From the IMG/VR virus record IMGVR_UViG_3300046804_004006, positions 8,597-72,596 of that record: a stretch of 64,000 nt of DNA, one strand, 5' to 3'. The notes under the pieces are model-generated. The model was not told where the DNA came from. It did not search any database and saw only the letters and a list, made by a program, of their open reading frames with translations. Source of the DNA: a virus. Shown in pieces: positions 15,433-29,300 of this stretch (its first letter is position 1; the number at the start of each line of letters is the position of its first letter). The translations under genes were made by a program, and so were the position numbers.

Positions 15433-17358
15433 ATGCCGTTAGTCAATTTTTCTAACCTAGATTTCGATCAGGTTAAAACAACAATTAGGGATTACTTAAA
15501 ATCTAATTCTAACTTTACTGACTATGATTTTGAGGGATCTAATCTCTCTACAATTATTGATGTTTTGGCATATAATACCTATATTACTTCATATAATGCA
15601 AATATGGTTGCAAATGAAGTTTTCATTGATAGTGCGACCTTGAGAGAGAACGTAGTTGCACTTGCAAGAAATATAGGATACATACCTCGTTCAAGAAAAG
15701 CAGCAAGAGCAACAATTAGTTTTTTCATAGACACGACAAACATAACACCAATTCCAACATCAATTACTTTAAAAAAAGGTTCTGTGGCTTCAACAACAGG
15801 ATCTTTTGGAAATCAATCTTTTGTATTTTCAATTCTCAATGACATAACGGTCCCTGTCATTGATGGTATTGCATCATTTAATGATATTGAAATTTATCAA
15901 GGTGTTTTACTGACAAGTAATTTTACTGTTGATTCGAGACAACCAAATCAAAGATACATTCTTCCAAATAGCGGAATTGATACTGATTTAATTTCTGTAG
16001 TTGTAAAATCTAGTCAACAAGCAACCCAACAAGTAAAATATAGTAAACAAGATAGTTTATTTGATATTAATAGAGAATCTAAAGTTTATTTTTTACAAGA
16101 AATTGAAGATGAAAGATATGAACTGATTTTTGGCGATGGAATTTTTGGAAAAAAACTTGATCAAGATAATTATATTACCGCAAATTACATTGTTTCAAAT
16201 GGCGATAGTGCAAATGGAATAAGTCAATTTACTTTTTCCGGCACATTATCATACACAAGAAATTCAATAGAATATACAGTAACCTCTGGAATTTCTCTTT
16301 TAACAACAGGATTGACTTCCTCGGGAGGAGAAAATATTGAGTCTGTGGAGTCTATTAAAAAATATGCTCCAAGGATATACTCTTCTCAAAACAGAGCAGT
16401 AACGGCAAATGATTATGAAACTTTAATCCCAGAAAAAATTTACCCAGAAACAGAGTCCATATCTGTTTTTGGGGGAGAAGAATTGATTCCGCCACAATAT
16501 GGAAAAGTATTCATAAGTATTAAACCAAGATCTGGTGACTTTTTACCAAATCTTATAAAAGAAAATATTAAAAGAGACTTAAAAAAATATGCAGTTGCTG
16601 GAATAGTTCCGGAAATTTTAGACTTAAAATATTTGTATATAGAGTCTGATTCAAAAGTTTATTATAATACTAATCTTGCTCCGAGTTCTTCTTACGTTTC
16701 TAGTATCGTTCAAAGTAACGCAAATAAGTATGCAGAATCTACAGAATTAAATAAATACGGTGCTAGATTTAAATATAGTAAATTTTTGAAGATAATTGAT
16801 GATAGTCACGAATCAGTTACTTCAAATATAACAACTCTTCAAATGAGAAGAGATTTGAGAGTGGTATTAAATAGTTTTGCGGAATATCAAATAGGATTTG
16901 GTAATGAATTTTATATTAAATCTATGAGTGGATATAATATAAGATCCTCTTCTTTTAGAGTTGCGGATATTCAACAAGATGTTTATCTTTCTGATATACC
17001 AAATTCAGATAGACTTACTGGATCTTTGTTTCTTTTTACTGTTCCTACAGTAAATTCATCTTCACCAACAATTCTAAGAAGAAATGTTGGAAATATTAAT
17101 TATAAAAATGGAATAATAACATTAAATCCAATTAACATCTTATCTGGAAAAATAAAAGATGGACAAACAATTATAGAAATTTCTGCAGTTCCTAAATCAA
17201 ATGATGTAATAGGATTACAAGATCTTTATTTGCAACTAGATATAAGTAAGAGTAATTTTGAAATGGTCATAGATGAAATTTCATCTGGTTTAGATCCTTC
17301 GGCATCAAATTACATAGTAACATCCAGCTACAGTAACGGGAATTTAGTAAGATCATAA
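15433..17358 (+). CDS. gp6: baseplate wedge subunit gp6
   Basis: LDFDQVK...FTDYDFEGS...FIDSATLRENVVALARNIGY, QNRAVTANDYE. Start corrected to 15433. Confidence 0.93.
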   Translation: MPLVNFSNLDFDQVKTTIRDYLKSNSNFTDYDFEGSNLSTIIDVLAYNTYITSYNANMVANEVFIDSATLRENVVALARNIGYIPRSRKAARATISFFIDTTNITPIPTSITLKKGSVASTTGSFGNQSFVFSILNDITVPVIDGIASFNDIEIYQGVLLTSNFTVDSRQPNQRYILPNSGIDTDLISVVVKSSQQATQQVKYSKQDSLFDINRESKVYFLQEIEDERYELIFGDGIFGKKLDQDNYITANYIVSNGDSANGISQFTFSGTLSYTRNSIEYTVTSGISLLTTGLTSSGGENIESVESIKKYAPRIYSSQNRAVTANDYETLIPEKIYPETESISVFGGEELIPPQYGKVFISIKPRSGDFLPNLIKENIKRDLKKYAVAGIVPEILDLKYLYIESDSKVYYNTNLAPSSSYVSSIVQSNANKYAESTELNKYGARFKYSKFLKIIDDSHESVTSNITTLQMRRDLRVVLNSFAEYQIGFGNEFYIKSMSGYNIRSSSFRVADIQQDVYLSDIPNSDRLTGSLFLFTVPTVNSSSPTILRRNVGNINYKNGIITLNPINILSGKIKDGQTIIEISAVPKSNDVIGLQDLYLQLDISKSNFEMVIDEISSGLDPSASNYIVTSSYSNGNLVRS

Positions 17359-17359
17359 A

Positions 17360-20300
17360 ATGACAGACAAAAGAGTTCAATTTAATACTATTGTTCAGAA
17401 TCAACTCCCTGCATATGTTAGAGAGGAGTTTCCTTTAATTTCTGAATTTTTAAAGCAGTATTATCTTTCACAAGAATTTCAAGGTGCTCCAACTGATTTA
17501 ATTCAAAATATTGATCAATATATTCGATTAAATGAGACCACAAATCTTGTAGATTCTGTCATTTTAAAATCAAACATATCTTTTGTTGATACTACAATTG
17601 AAGTAGATTTAGGATTTTCTCCTACAGGAACAAATGGGTTTCCGGATTCTTATGGATTAATTAAAATTGATGATGAAATTATTTTATATACCTCAAAAAC
17701 TTCCACTGCAAATTCTGCTTCATTTAATGGATGTATAAGAGGATTTAGTGGCATTTCTTCTTTGAACGATCAAACTGCCACTGGAGAATTGGTATTTTCT
17801 ACCAGTTCTGCGGAAGAGCACATTGGAACAGAATATAATTCGGATGGATCAATAAAACAAAAGGGATCAACGATATTAAACTTAAGTAACTTATTCTTAA
17901 AACAATTTTTACTTAAGACAAAGTATCAACTTCTTCCGGGTTTAGAAGACAGAGAATTATTTTCTGACTTAAATGAAGATCTTTTTATAAAACAGTCTAA
18001 AGATTTTTATGGAAGTAAAGGCACTGACGAGTCTTTTAAAATTCTCTTCAAGTCTCTTTATGACGAAGAAGTAAAAATTATTAAACCTAAAGATTTTCTT
18101 CTTACTCCATCAAATGCACAATACACTATCACAAATGATTTAGTTGTTGAAAGTATTTCAGGAGATCCTCTAGAACTTAAAAACTCAACACTATATCAAA
18201 ATTCATATCTTGATAATTTTACAAAATCATATGCACCTATCACATCAGTAGAAAAAATATCTTCTAGAGATGGAAAAACTTTTTATAAACTTAGTGTAGA
18301 TGCTGGTTATAATAGGGATATTGTAGTTGATGGAGCAACTTATGGAAACTTTTTAGTTCACCCAAAAACTAAAGTAATAGGAGAAGTATCTCCAAATTCA
18401 ACAATTCTTGATGTAGACTCAACGGTAGGATTTCCAACTTCTGGGCAACTTTTTGCTAGTTATAATGACGGAACAGCGGGAGTTATTTCATATACATCCA
18501 AATCATTAACTCAATTTTATGGTTGTTCAAATATTGTAAAATCTATTAATAATGCAGAGAATGTTGGATTAAACACTTATGCATCAAATAGTGATGGAAG
18601 TATTAAAGTCAGGATCAATTCTGTTATTAGTGGTTTAGATGTGAGAAGTGATACTCGTTATCTATCTCCCAAAGAATCTATACAGATAAAAACATTAGGA
18701 GTTTCTGCAAAAGACTTTATATCAAAAAACTGGTATTATAATATTTCATCCAGATACGAAGTTCAAGGTAGTCCAGTTTTAATAGATACCTCCGATAAAA
18801 CATACAGATTAACCCTGAAAACTCCCCACTATCTTAAGATTGGAGATTCTATATCAATTGTAGATAGTAATAATGCATCGAAGTCCTCTACTGTAGTTGA
18901 TATTAACTCAGAGTATTCAATAACCATTAGAGATCAAGGTGAACTATCTTTATCAACAAACTACACTATTAAAAGAAATATTCTAAAACCAATTTCAAAT
19001 ACATTTTCAAATTTATCTTCATATACATCAAATGTTCAAAATGTATATAAGGATTCTGGAAAAACTTTATTAGCATCTAATTCAATTCCATCATATTATC
19101 GCCAACCATTAAATGTAATTGATAGATCTATTACTTTTTCCGGAACTTTTATTGGAGATGAATTTGTAATATCAAATAAAGATCACGGTTTTTATACTGG
19201 AGATGTAGTATATTATACTCCACAAAAGGTTACTACAACATCATTTAGTGATGATGGAATTGAAATTCAACAAACATCTATACAGTCTTCTTTGTTTGAT
19301 GAAGGACTTTATTTCATCAAACGAGTTAACGAAACCGCAGTTAAATTTGCAAAAAGTAAATTTGACATTTACTATTCTGAATTATATAAGGATGACTCAT
19401 CTAAATCTAAGTATGTCAAATTAACTGAATCTAAAAGTGTTTCTGATAACAAAATAGAAATTTATAAATTTAATTCAAAAACAGTATTACCACAAAAAAT
19501 ACTTAGGGAAATACAAGATCCAATAAGTGATGGAAAAACCTATCCAACCTCCCCAGGATTTAATGGTATACTTGTCAATGGAGTGGAAATTTTAAACTAC
19601 AAATCAAGCGATGTAATTTATCATGGAAAAATAAACTCCATTGATATTTTATCGCCGGGATTGGATTACGATGTCATCAATCCACCGGAATTAAAAATTA
19701 GCGATAGAATTGGAACAGGAGCTACTGGATATGTTTCTGTTAATGGTTCATTAAGAGAAATACAGATTATAGATCCTGGATTTGACTATGTTGATGTCCC
19801 AACAGTTAAGATTACTGGTGGTAATGGATCAGGAGCTTTAGCTTCTGTAAATATGAAGTTAATAGATTATTATGCAAGTTTTAATTCAGATTCCGCATCA
19901 AATCAAATTGGAATAGGTGTGACGGTTTCAACTATAGGATTTAGCACTTATCATAAATTTAGAGATGGAGAAACTGTAATATATGATCCAAAATATCAAC
20001 AATCTGTAGGTGGTATAACCACAAACTCAACTTATTTTGTTTCAGTAAAAGATTCTAATACAGTAAAACTTCATAAAACATTTGATGATGCAGTTTCTGG
20101 AATCAACACTATTACTCTAACTTCTTATGGATCTGGAATACATTACCTTAAATCGTATAATAAAAAGTCAGTAGTTGGTTCCATCAACGTAGTTTCTGGT
20201 GGTTCTAATTATCAAAATAAAAAAAGAACAACAGATATTACCGGAATAAGTACATCTTTAAATCAAGTTACTATCACCAACCATGATTATCAATCCGGAG

Positions 20301-23300
20301 AAATCGTAAAGTATGCAACAGAGGGTGCTTCTATTGGTGGTTTAATTAGCGGATCAGAATATTATTTAACCAAAATAGATGATAATAATTTTAAATTATC
20401 AAATATTGGCATAGGAGTTACTGAAAAAGACTTTTTCTATAGAACAAATCAATATATAGATTTTACTAGTGTAGGTGTTGGAACTCATACCTTTAATTAC
20501 CCTAATATTTCTGTAACTTTATCTGGAAAAATTGGCATTTCTTCTATTGGATCTGAGACTTTTGAGGCACAAATTCAACCAGTATTTAGAGGAGAAATTA
20601 CTTCAGTACATTTAAAGAATTCTGGAGTTGGTTATGGATCTTCAGATATTATCAATATTGTTAAAGAACCTGAAGTTTCTTTAGTATCCGGACAAGATGC
20701 CCAATTACTTCCAGTAATTAGTAATGGAAGAATTTCTGAGGTTTTGGTCCTAAGCACTGGTAGAAATTATAACTCTGTCCCCATCTTAACTATAGTTGGT
20801 GATGGTGTTGGTGCAGTTGTAACTCCTATTATTGAAAATAATAGTTTAAAGTCAGTTAAAGTAATAGAACCTGGTCAAGGATATTCTTCAAAAAACACTT
20901 CAATATTAGTTTCTTTTCCAGGCAGCGGATGTTCATTTAAATCAAATATTCAAACTTGGAGAGTTAATCTATTTGAACGAAATTTTAATACTTTTACTTC
21001 TGATGATGGATTTATTGAAAGTAGTATTAATGACGAATATGAACTCCAGTACTGCAATATCTATGCTCCAAGAAAATTAAGAGAGAGTTTATTTTCCGTA
21101 GATTCTTTAGGAAAAACTTTATATGGAACAAAGGATCTGAGTAAAAATAATGCGGGAGTAGAAGAGTTTAATGCAATAAAACAAAAACATTCTCCAATTA
21201 TAGGTTGGGCATATGACGGACATCCAATTTATGGTCCATATGGATATTCTAAAAAATTCGGCGGGGTGATCACCCAAATGAAGTCCGGATACAAGATGAA
21301 TTCTTCAAGAGTATCTGGACCACCAACTTCAATTTATCCTTTAGGGTTTTTTGTAGAAGATTATACTTACTTTAAAACTAACGATGAAACGGTTCTCGAT
21401 GAAAACAACGGAAGATTTTGTATAACACCAGAGTATCCAAAAGGAACATATGCATACTTTGCAACCATCAACAATTTATCTTCAGATTCTTCTGGACCAT
21501 TTTATCAATACAGAAGACCTGTTTTCCCATATTTAATAGGAAATAATTTTAAGTCAATTCCAAATAAATTTAACTACGACAAAAATTCAAATCAAGATAG
21601 TTATGATTTAAATAAAACTTCTTGGATTAGAAATACAGATCCATATAATTTAAGAAATGGCAACGTTAATTATGAATACCTTTCTTTACCAAATAATTTA
21701 AATCAAACTTTAGAAGTTAAGTCAGTTTCACCCGGATCTGTTGAAAGTATCAAAATATCTTCGGGAGGTTTAAACTATAAAGTAAATGATGAAATTATCT
21801 TTGATAATTCAAATACTAATGGATTTGGTGCTTCAGCAAAAATTTCTAAAATATTTGGAAAGTCTGTCAATAATATTAGTGTTGCCACAAGTTCCGTTAC
21901 TGGAGTGGAAATTTATCCAGAAAATAAAATCGGATCTTATACAATTTTTTCACAAAATCCTCATAATTTTAAAAATGGAGATCTGGTTCAAGTATCTGGG
22001 TTGAGTACGAGCACATTTAAAATCAACAATTCATACCCAGCAGGAATATCCACAAATACTCTCACTCTAGTTGGATTAGGATCAACTTCAATAGGAATTA
22101 AAACTACTGGAGTTACTGGAATTGTAACATATATCAATGTATTAGGAAACTTAAATTACCCCAACATCAGAGAAAATGATATTCTTACAATAAATTCCGA
22201 AAAAATTAAAGTTTTAAATGTAGATGCAAAACTTTCTAGAATCAGAATTATTAGAGAAATTGAAAGCACAGTAGGGTCCGCACACACTGTTGGATCTAAA
22301 ATATATGAGAATCCAAGAAAGTTAATAGTTAATACTGAATTTTCTACCACATACAATTATAAGTTAAATAAAGAAATTTATTTTAATCCAATAGAATCGG
22401 TTGGACTAGGAACAACTTCTGGAGTTGGAATAGGAACTACAATCTTCTTTTCAAATCCAGGAATTGGATTGACTGAAATCTTTATTCCAACAAAAACAAT
22501 ATATTTACCAGGGCATAACTTAAATACTGGAGATCAACTAACATATTCAACAAATGACGGAAAAGGTCTATCAGTCTTAATAGATTCCTCTTCAGGAGTA
22601 AGCACGTTAACAGATCAACAAATTCTTTATGTTGCTAAAGTGTCTGATGACTTAATTGGAATTTCTACTGTTAGAGTTGGACTTGGAACCACAGGTACTT
22701 TTGTTGGAATAGCAAGTACGCAAAGAAATTCTACTACATTATTCTTCTCCGGTATTGGAACTGGAATTTATCATAGTTTTAAAACAAATTATGATAAATT
22801 ATCAGGAAAAATTACAAAAAATATTGTTACTGTTTCTACAGCACAAACACATGGTTTACAAAACGGAGACACTGTTTATATTGATGTAAATCCATCAATT
22901 TCTACTACGGTAACTCTAAAGTATAATGATTATCATAGAAAAGTTTTAATAAACGCCAAAACTTTTATTTCAAGTGGAGTTAACACTTCAACAAGTTTGA
23001 TAACAATTGATAATCATGGATTTGAAACTGGAGATAAAGTTATTCACACTTCCCCATCTCCAGCGCAGGGTTTAGAAAACAATAAAATTTATTACGTAGT
23101 AAAATTTGATGATAATTCATTTAAACTATCAAATACTTATTATAACTCATTAAGTTCAAATCCTTCAATTGTAGGAATAGCAAGTACTTCGAATGGAGAA
23201 ATTTCTTTAATCAATCCACCTTTAAATGCATATAAAAATTCTTCTATAATATTTGATTTATCAGATTCTTCTTTATCATACATTAAACAATCTACAAATT

Positions 23301-26300
23301 ACCCAGCTTTTGATTTGAATTTTTATCTAGATGAAAACTTTACTCAACTTTACGATAAAAATCCAGAAAGCTCCACATTTGAGGTTCAAAAATCCAGCGG
23401 CGTTGTTGGAGTTTCTACTGATGCAAAAGTAACTTTATTTGTCAATGAATATACTCCAAAAAATTTATTTTATAAATTAGACCCATTATTTGATAGTGAT
23501 ATTCCCATAGAAAAGCAAGAAATCAATGTAGATTCTTCGGTTTTATCAAATAATAAAATTAATGTTGAAAAGAGTGTTTATAGCGGAAAGTATACAATTT
23601 CTGCGGGATCAACTATATTTACATATTCACTAAATAAACTTCCGGAAAATAATTCTTATGTATCTACATCTTCATCTATTACATATCAAACCGATTCACT
23701 AAGCGTAACGGGAGCAATATCTGAAGTTGAAATTACAAACAAAGGAAGAAATTATTATTCTCTCCCTGGAATTTCTTCTATTGTTTCAACTAGCGGTAGT
23801 GGTTCTATTCTGGAACCATTTAGCAACTCAATAGGAAAAATTAAAAATACTACAATCAAAAACATTGGATTTGATTTTTCTTCAGATTATACAGTTAAAC
23901 CAAGTTCTTCTTTACCACAATTATTAAAAATTGATCCACTAGCCTCATTTTCTTCTATTGGAATTAGTTCTTTTGGTAGAGGATATACTTCTGCACCAAA
24001 TATATTAGTTTTTGATGGGAAAACTAACCAAATTATTACTGATGTAGACTTAAGATATAATCTAGGAGATTCTCAAGTAACAATTTTTAAAAATACATAT
24101 GGTATAAACAATGTTACTCCAAGATTTATTCCAGTACAAAATTCAAATGGAGTTGGTATAAATTCAATTTCATTTAATTCAACAACTAAGGATGTTACGG
24201 TTAGATTGTCCGTTGGGTTTAGCACTATAAACTCATTCCCATTTGAAGTAAATGATAAAGTTTTAATCGAAAATATCAGTGTTGGTGTAGATTCTACTGC
24301 AAAAGGATATAATTCAGAAAATTACGATTATGCGTTGTTTACTATTACATCAGTAGATCAAAATATAGGTGGAATAGGATCCATAACTTATAATCTTTCT
24401 GAATTCCTTAGTGATGGAGAGTATCCTGGTACATATGATTCTATAAATTCTGTTGGAAGAGTAATACCCGAAAAATATTTTCCAACTTTTAGTCCAATCT
24501 TGCAAATTGGAGATTATATTGAAGGGGAAACAGTAGAATCAAATTCATCTTTAGGTATAGTTGAAAAATGGGATAAAAAATCCCAAATATTAAAAGTATT
24601 ATCCAATCAAGATTTCAATAATGATGCAATTGTAAAGGGTCTATCATCAAATACTCAGGGTATTGCTTCATCAATAACTTCTTTTGAATCATACTTAACT
24701 TTAAATTCATTATCTAAAGTAGAAAGGGGATGGGAAACAAACTCTGGATTTTTGAATGAAAATTTACAAAAAATTCAAGACAGTTTTTACTATCAAAATT
24801 TTTCATACTCATTAAAATCTAAAGTTGATTTTGATTCCTGGAAGGATGCGGTTGGCACTTTAAATCATACATTAGGATTTAAAAAATTCTCCGATTATCA
24901 GTTAGAATCTTCTTTAGGGCAGCAAGAGCAAAATTCAATGCTGGTTGAATCAAACCTATCTTCGTTTGAAATTATAACTGACATTGTGGAATATGTAGAT
25001 TTAAACTGCGTTTACGATTTTGATTTGGTTACGGAAAATTCTATCGAATTAAATTCAAAAATAATTTCCGATGAAATAGTTTTTAATTCCAGAATATTGA
25101 CCGATTACATGGAGTCTGTGGGAAATAGAGTTCTTTCTATAGACGATATAAGTGGATTATTTAATAGCAATCCACGTTCCACACAATACTCAGAGGTCCA
25201 TAGATTTTTATTATCAGATGCAAGATCTCAAAAATATATAACTTTCGTAAGTGATAAAAGGTATACTGAGCAATCACAAACATCAATTATTACTCTTTTA
25301 CACGATAATTATATTTCTTTTATGAATCAGTATGGAAGAGTTGAAACTTACTATGACCAAGGTTTTTTTGACTTTACTATTGAGGGTAGTGAAGGTGTTC
25401 TTTTATTCTATCCAACAAACTATCAAGTCAACAACTATAATGTTACAACTCTTTCATGGAATTTAAAGGACAATTTAATAGGAGTTGGATCTTCGTCCTT
25501 TGGAGACACCGTTCTAATAAACACAAGTAGCGTAAGTGTTTCTTCAGGATCAACAACTATAGTTGGTATTAATAGTTCTTTTAGTTCTGTTAAAGTTTTA
25601 GTAGAAATTTCAGGAAATAATGGAGAGTATGAGTTTAATGAGATAAGTGTAATACATGACGGAACAAATACACATATGATTGATTATGGTCAATTATCGA
25701 ATTTAAATTACACTCCATTTGAAAGTTCTGGATTAGGGACCTTTAATTCATATCTTTCAGGATCTCAAATAAAAATTGATTTTACTCCAAATGTAGGAAC
25801 AGCAACTACCATAAACACGATACAAGTTGCAATTGCAAATACATCATCGACTGGTATTGGTACTTTTGATATGAAACACGCCAAACTGTCATCACAGTCG
25901 GTTTCAATCGCATCTTCATCATCTCCTACAGCAAATTCAGTTGCCAACCTATCAAATGACTATGATGCAACTTATTTTGTTCTTCAAGTTACTGATACAA
26001 CTAATAATAGACTTCAACTCTCCGAAATTATGTTAATAAACAATGACTCAGAAATTTATTTAACTGAGTTTGGAAATATTGAAACAAATTCTGGATTAGG
26101 AACTTTTGGTGCTTTTAGAAGTGGAACTGATACTGTTCTATCATTTACACCAATACAAAATATTGATACACAAGTAAAAACTTTTTATACTTCTTTACGA
26201 CATCAAGATGATTCTAAGGATGTTGTTGATTTAATCAATGCAACAATAGAAACAAATTTTGGAACTTATTTTGGGGCAGAGACTGACATCAAACGCCAAT

Positions 26301-29300
26301 TTGACTTAAAACATAAAAATGTTCCTATTTTTGAAAGAAGTTTTAATGGAGATGATACTTCAATTGTGAGTATTGACAGCAATACTATTACAATTCCAAA
26401 TCATTTTTATGTAACGGGAGAAAAAGTTAATTATTATCATGCAGGATCCGGAACAACTCAGGCTATTGGAATTGCAACAACAACCTTTGTCTCAGTTGGA
26501 TCCACAGACAAACTTGCATCAGAAGTTTATGTCGTCAAAATTAATGATGATAAAATTAAACTTGCTTCAAGTTCAGAAAATGCTTTGAAATTTGTCCCAC
26601 AAACTATAGATATAACGAGTGTTGGTATTGGAACTTCACATCGTTTTGTATCGACAAACCAAAATGCAAAGGTCTTACTATCAATTGATAATGTTATTCA
26701 GTCTCCCGTTGTTTCTACTGCAGTTACTACAACATTATCAAAAAATATATTTACAACTGATGATACAATATACTTCAGCGGAATCACTTCATTTTTTGGA
26801 GGTGACCTGATTAAAATTGGCGACGAAATTATGAGAATTGATGGGATTGGTATTGGAAGCACTAATGCAATATCAGTAACTAGACCTTGGTTGGGAACAG
26901 TAGTTTCAGGATATTCTACTGGAGATCTTGTTACGAAGGTAATCGGAGATTATAATATTATTGATAACATTTTAAATTTTGTAACTGCCCCATATGGAAA
27001 TACTCCGTTTGGAACAATTACAAATGCTCCAGATGAAAGAGATTGGAGTGGAATATCAACCGGATCTAGTTTTCACGGGAGAGTATTTTTAAGATCCGGA
27101 GAACAAGATACTTCAAACGAGACATATCATAAAAATTATATTTTTGATGACATTTCTTCTAAATTTAATGGGTCGGAGAGAAATTTCAGATTAAAATCGA
27201 ATTTATCCGATGTGACCGACATATCTTCAGAAAACGCGGTAATCTTAATAAATAACGTTTTTCAAGGTCCAGAATTATCCAATGATTATACATTATCAGA
27301 GGTTGCTGGAATAACTACTATTTCATTTACTGGCACAGCAACATCTATTTCTTCGGATGTAAACACTTCAAATTTACCTTCAGGTGGAATAATTGTTTCT
27401 GTTGGTTCAAGCGGAGGATTTGGATATCAACCATTGGTATCCGCAGGTGGAACATCTGTAGTGTCAATATCAGGAACAATTCAATCTGTCAGTATCGGAA
27501 ATAGTGGTTCCGGATATAGATCAAAATCAAAGTATGAAATTACAACTAAAACTTCTCAAGCAGTTGGTGTTGGTTCAACAATAGTTTATTTGGAAAATGA
27601 CAATAGTATATTTAATATATTAAGTCTTTTAAATTCTGGTTCAAATTGCAAGATTGGCGTTGGAACTTTTATAGATTTAACTACAATTGTATCTGCAGGA
27701 TCCACATTTATTTGTATTGGGGTTGGAAGTACAAGTAACTACATTATTCCAGCAGAAACTTCTACGGCTATTGAAATAGAAAATCCCCAAATTGGAATAG
27801 TGAATGTTGAAGTTGTTACCAGCTCTTCTGGAATTGCAACTTATACTCATGTTGGATTTGCTACAATAAGAAATGGTAATGTATCTTCTCCGGTTTTTAT
27901 AACAAAAGTATCTTCGGGATATACTAACACAAATCCACCAAACGTTGTTTTTGATGATCCACAATCCTATTCGGATATTCCATTGATTTACAGTTCCAAT
28001 TATGCTTCTGGCGGTGGATCAAATGCAACTATAGACATTGTTGTTGGACAAGGTTCTAGTGTTATAGATTTTGAAGTTAAAAATACCGGATATGGTTATG
28101 GAATTGGAAATGTTTTAACGATTCCTGTTGGAGGATTAGTTGGAATTCCTACAACTTCCGGATTTAAAGAATTTGAAGTCACAATTCAAAATGTTTTCTC
28201 TGATAAATTTAGTGGATGGTCTATTGGATCTTTACAAGTTTTTGATAGTATTGATAGATATTTTGATGGAAGGAGAGTTTCTTTCCCACTTTCTTTATCA
28301 GGAAACATAACTACCATAAATTCTTCTAAAGGATCAAAAATATCTCTCCAGGACACAATTTTAATCTTCTTAAATGATATTTTACAAGTTCCGGGTGAAG
28401 GATATACTTTTAATGGTGGCAGTGCAATAACATTTACAGAAGCACCAAAAGAAGGAGATCAGTCAAAAATTATTTTCTATAAAGGAAGTGGTGATGGCAT
28501 CGATGTTATTTCCCGAGAAATTATAGAAACAGTTAAAATTGGAGATGATTTAAGAATTACTTATGATTCATCTCAGGGACAGTCACCTACTTTATCCGAA
28601 GACTTTAGAACAGTATATGATATCAAATCCACAGATTCAGTCAAAACAAATCCTTATTTTGGACCAGGTAACACTAACAATACTAACTTACTAAGACCAG
28701 TTGTTTGGTGCCGTCAAACTGAAGATAAGATTATTAATGAAAAAGTAGTTGGTAAGGATAGGGAAATTTATACCCCAAATATAAATCCATTTGCATACAT
28801 CATTAAAAATGTAGGTATTGGTTCAACCGCAATTTATGTTGATAATTTGAAACCTTTCTTTAATGCTCAAAATGAAAATGACACTTCATTATCTTTCCAA
28901 AACAGTATAAAATTTATATCACAAGATACTATTTCTGGGGCAATTGGCACTGCAGTCGTATCCACTGCAGGAACAATTTCTTCAATTGTTATTAGTGATG
29001 GTGGTGTAGGATATTCAACTTCACCTACAATAAGCATTGGAAGCACTAATGGAATTGGAATTGGAACCACATCAACAGCCCTTGGAACAGTTTCAATTAG
29101 TATTGGTGGAACAGTAACTGGTGTAGCAATAACTAATCCAGGATTTGGATATACAACTTCTAGTCCGCCATCGGTTTTAATATCCTCACCTACACTAATT
29201 TCAGAAACAAATTCAGTTTCTTCTTATTCAGGAGACTCTGGAATAGTTGTTGGATTTGGAACAACAACTATTAGTACACAAACTCAACTAATATTTGATC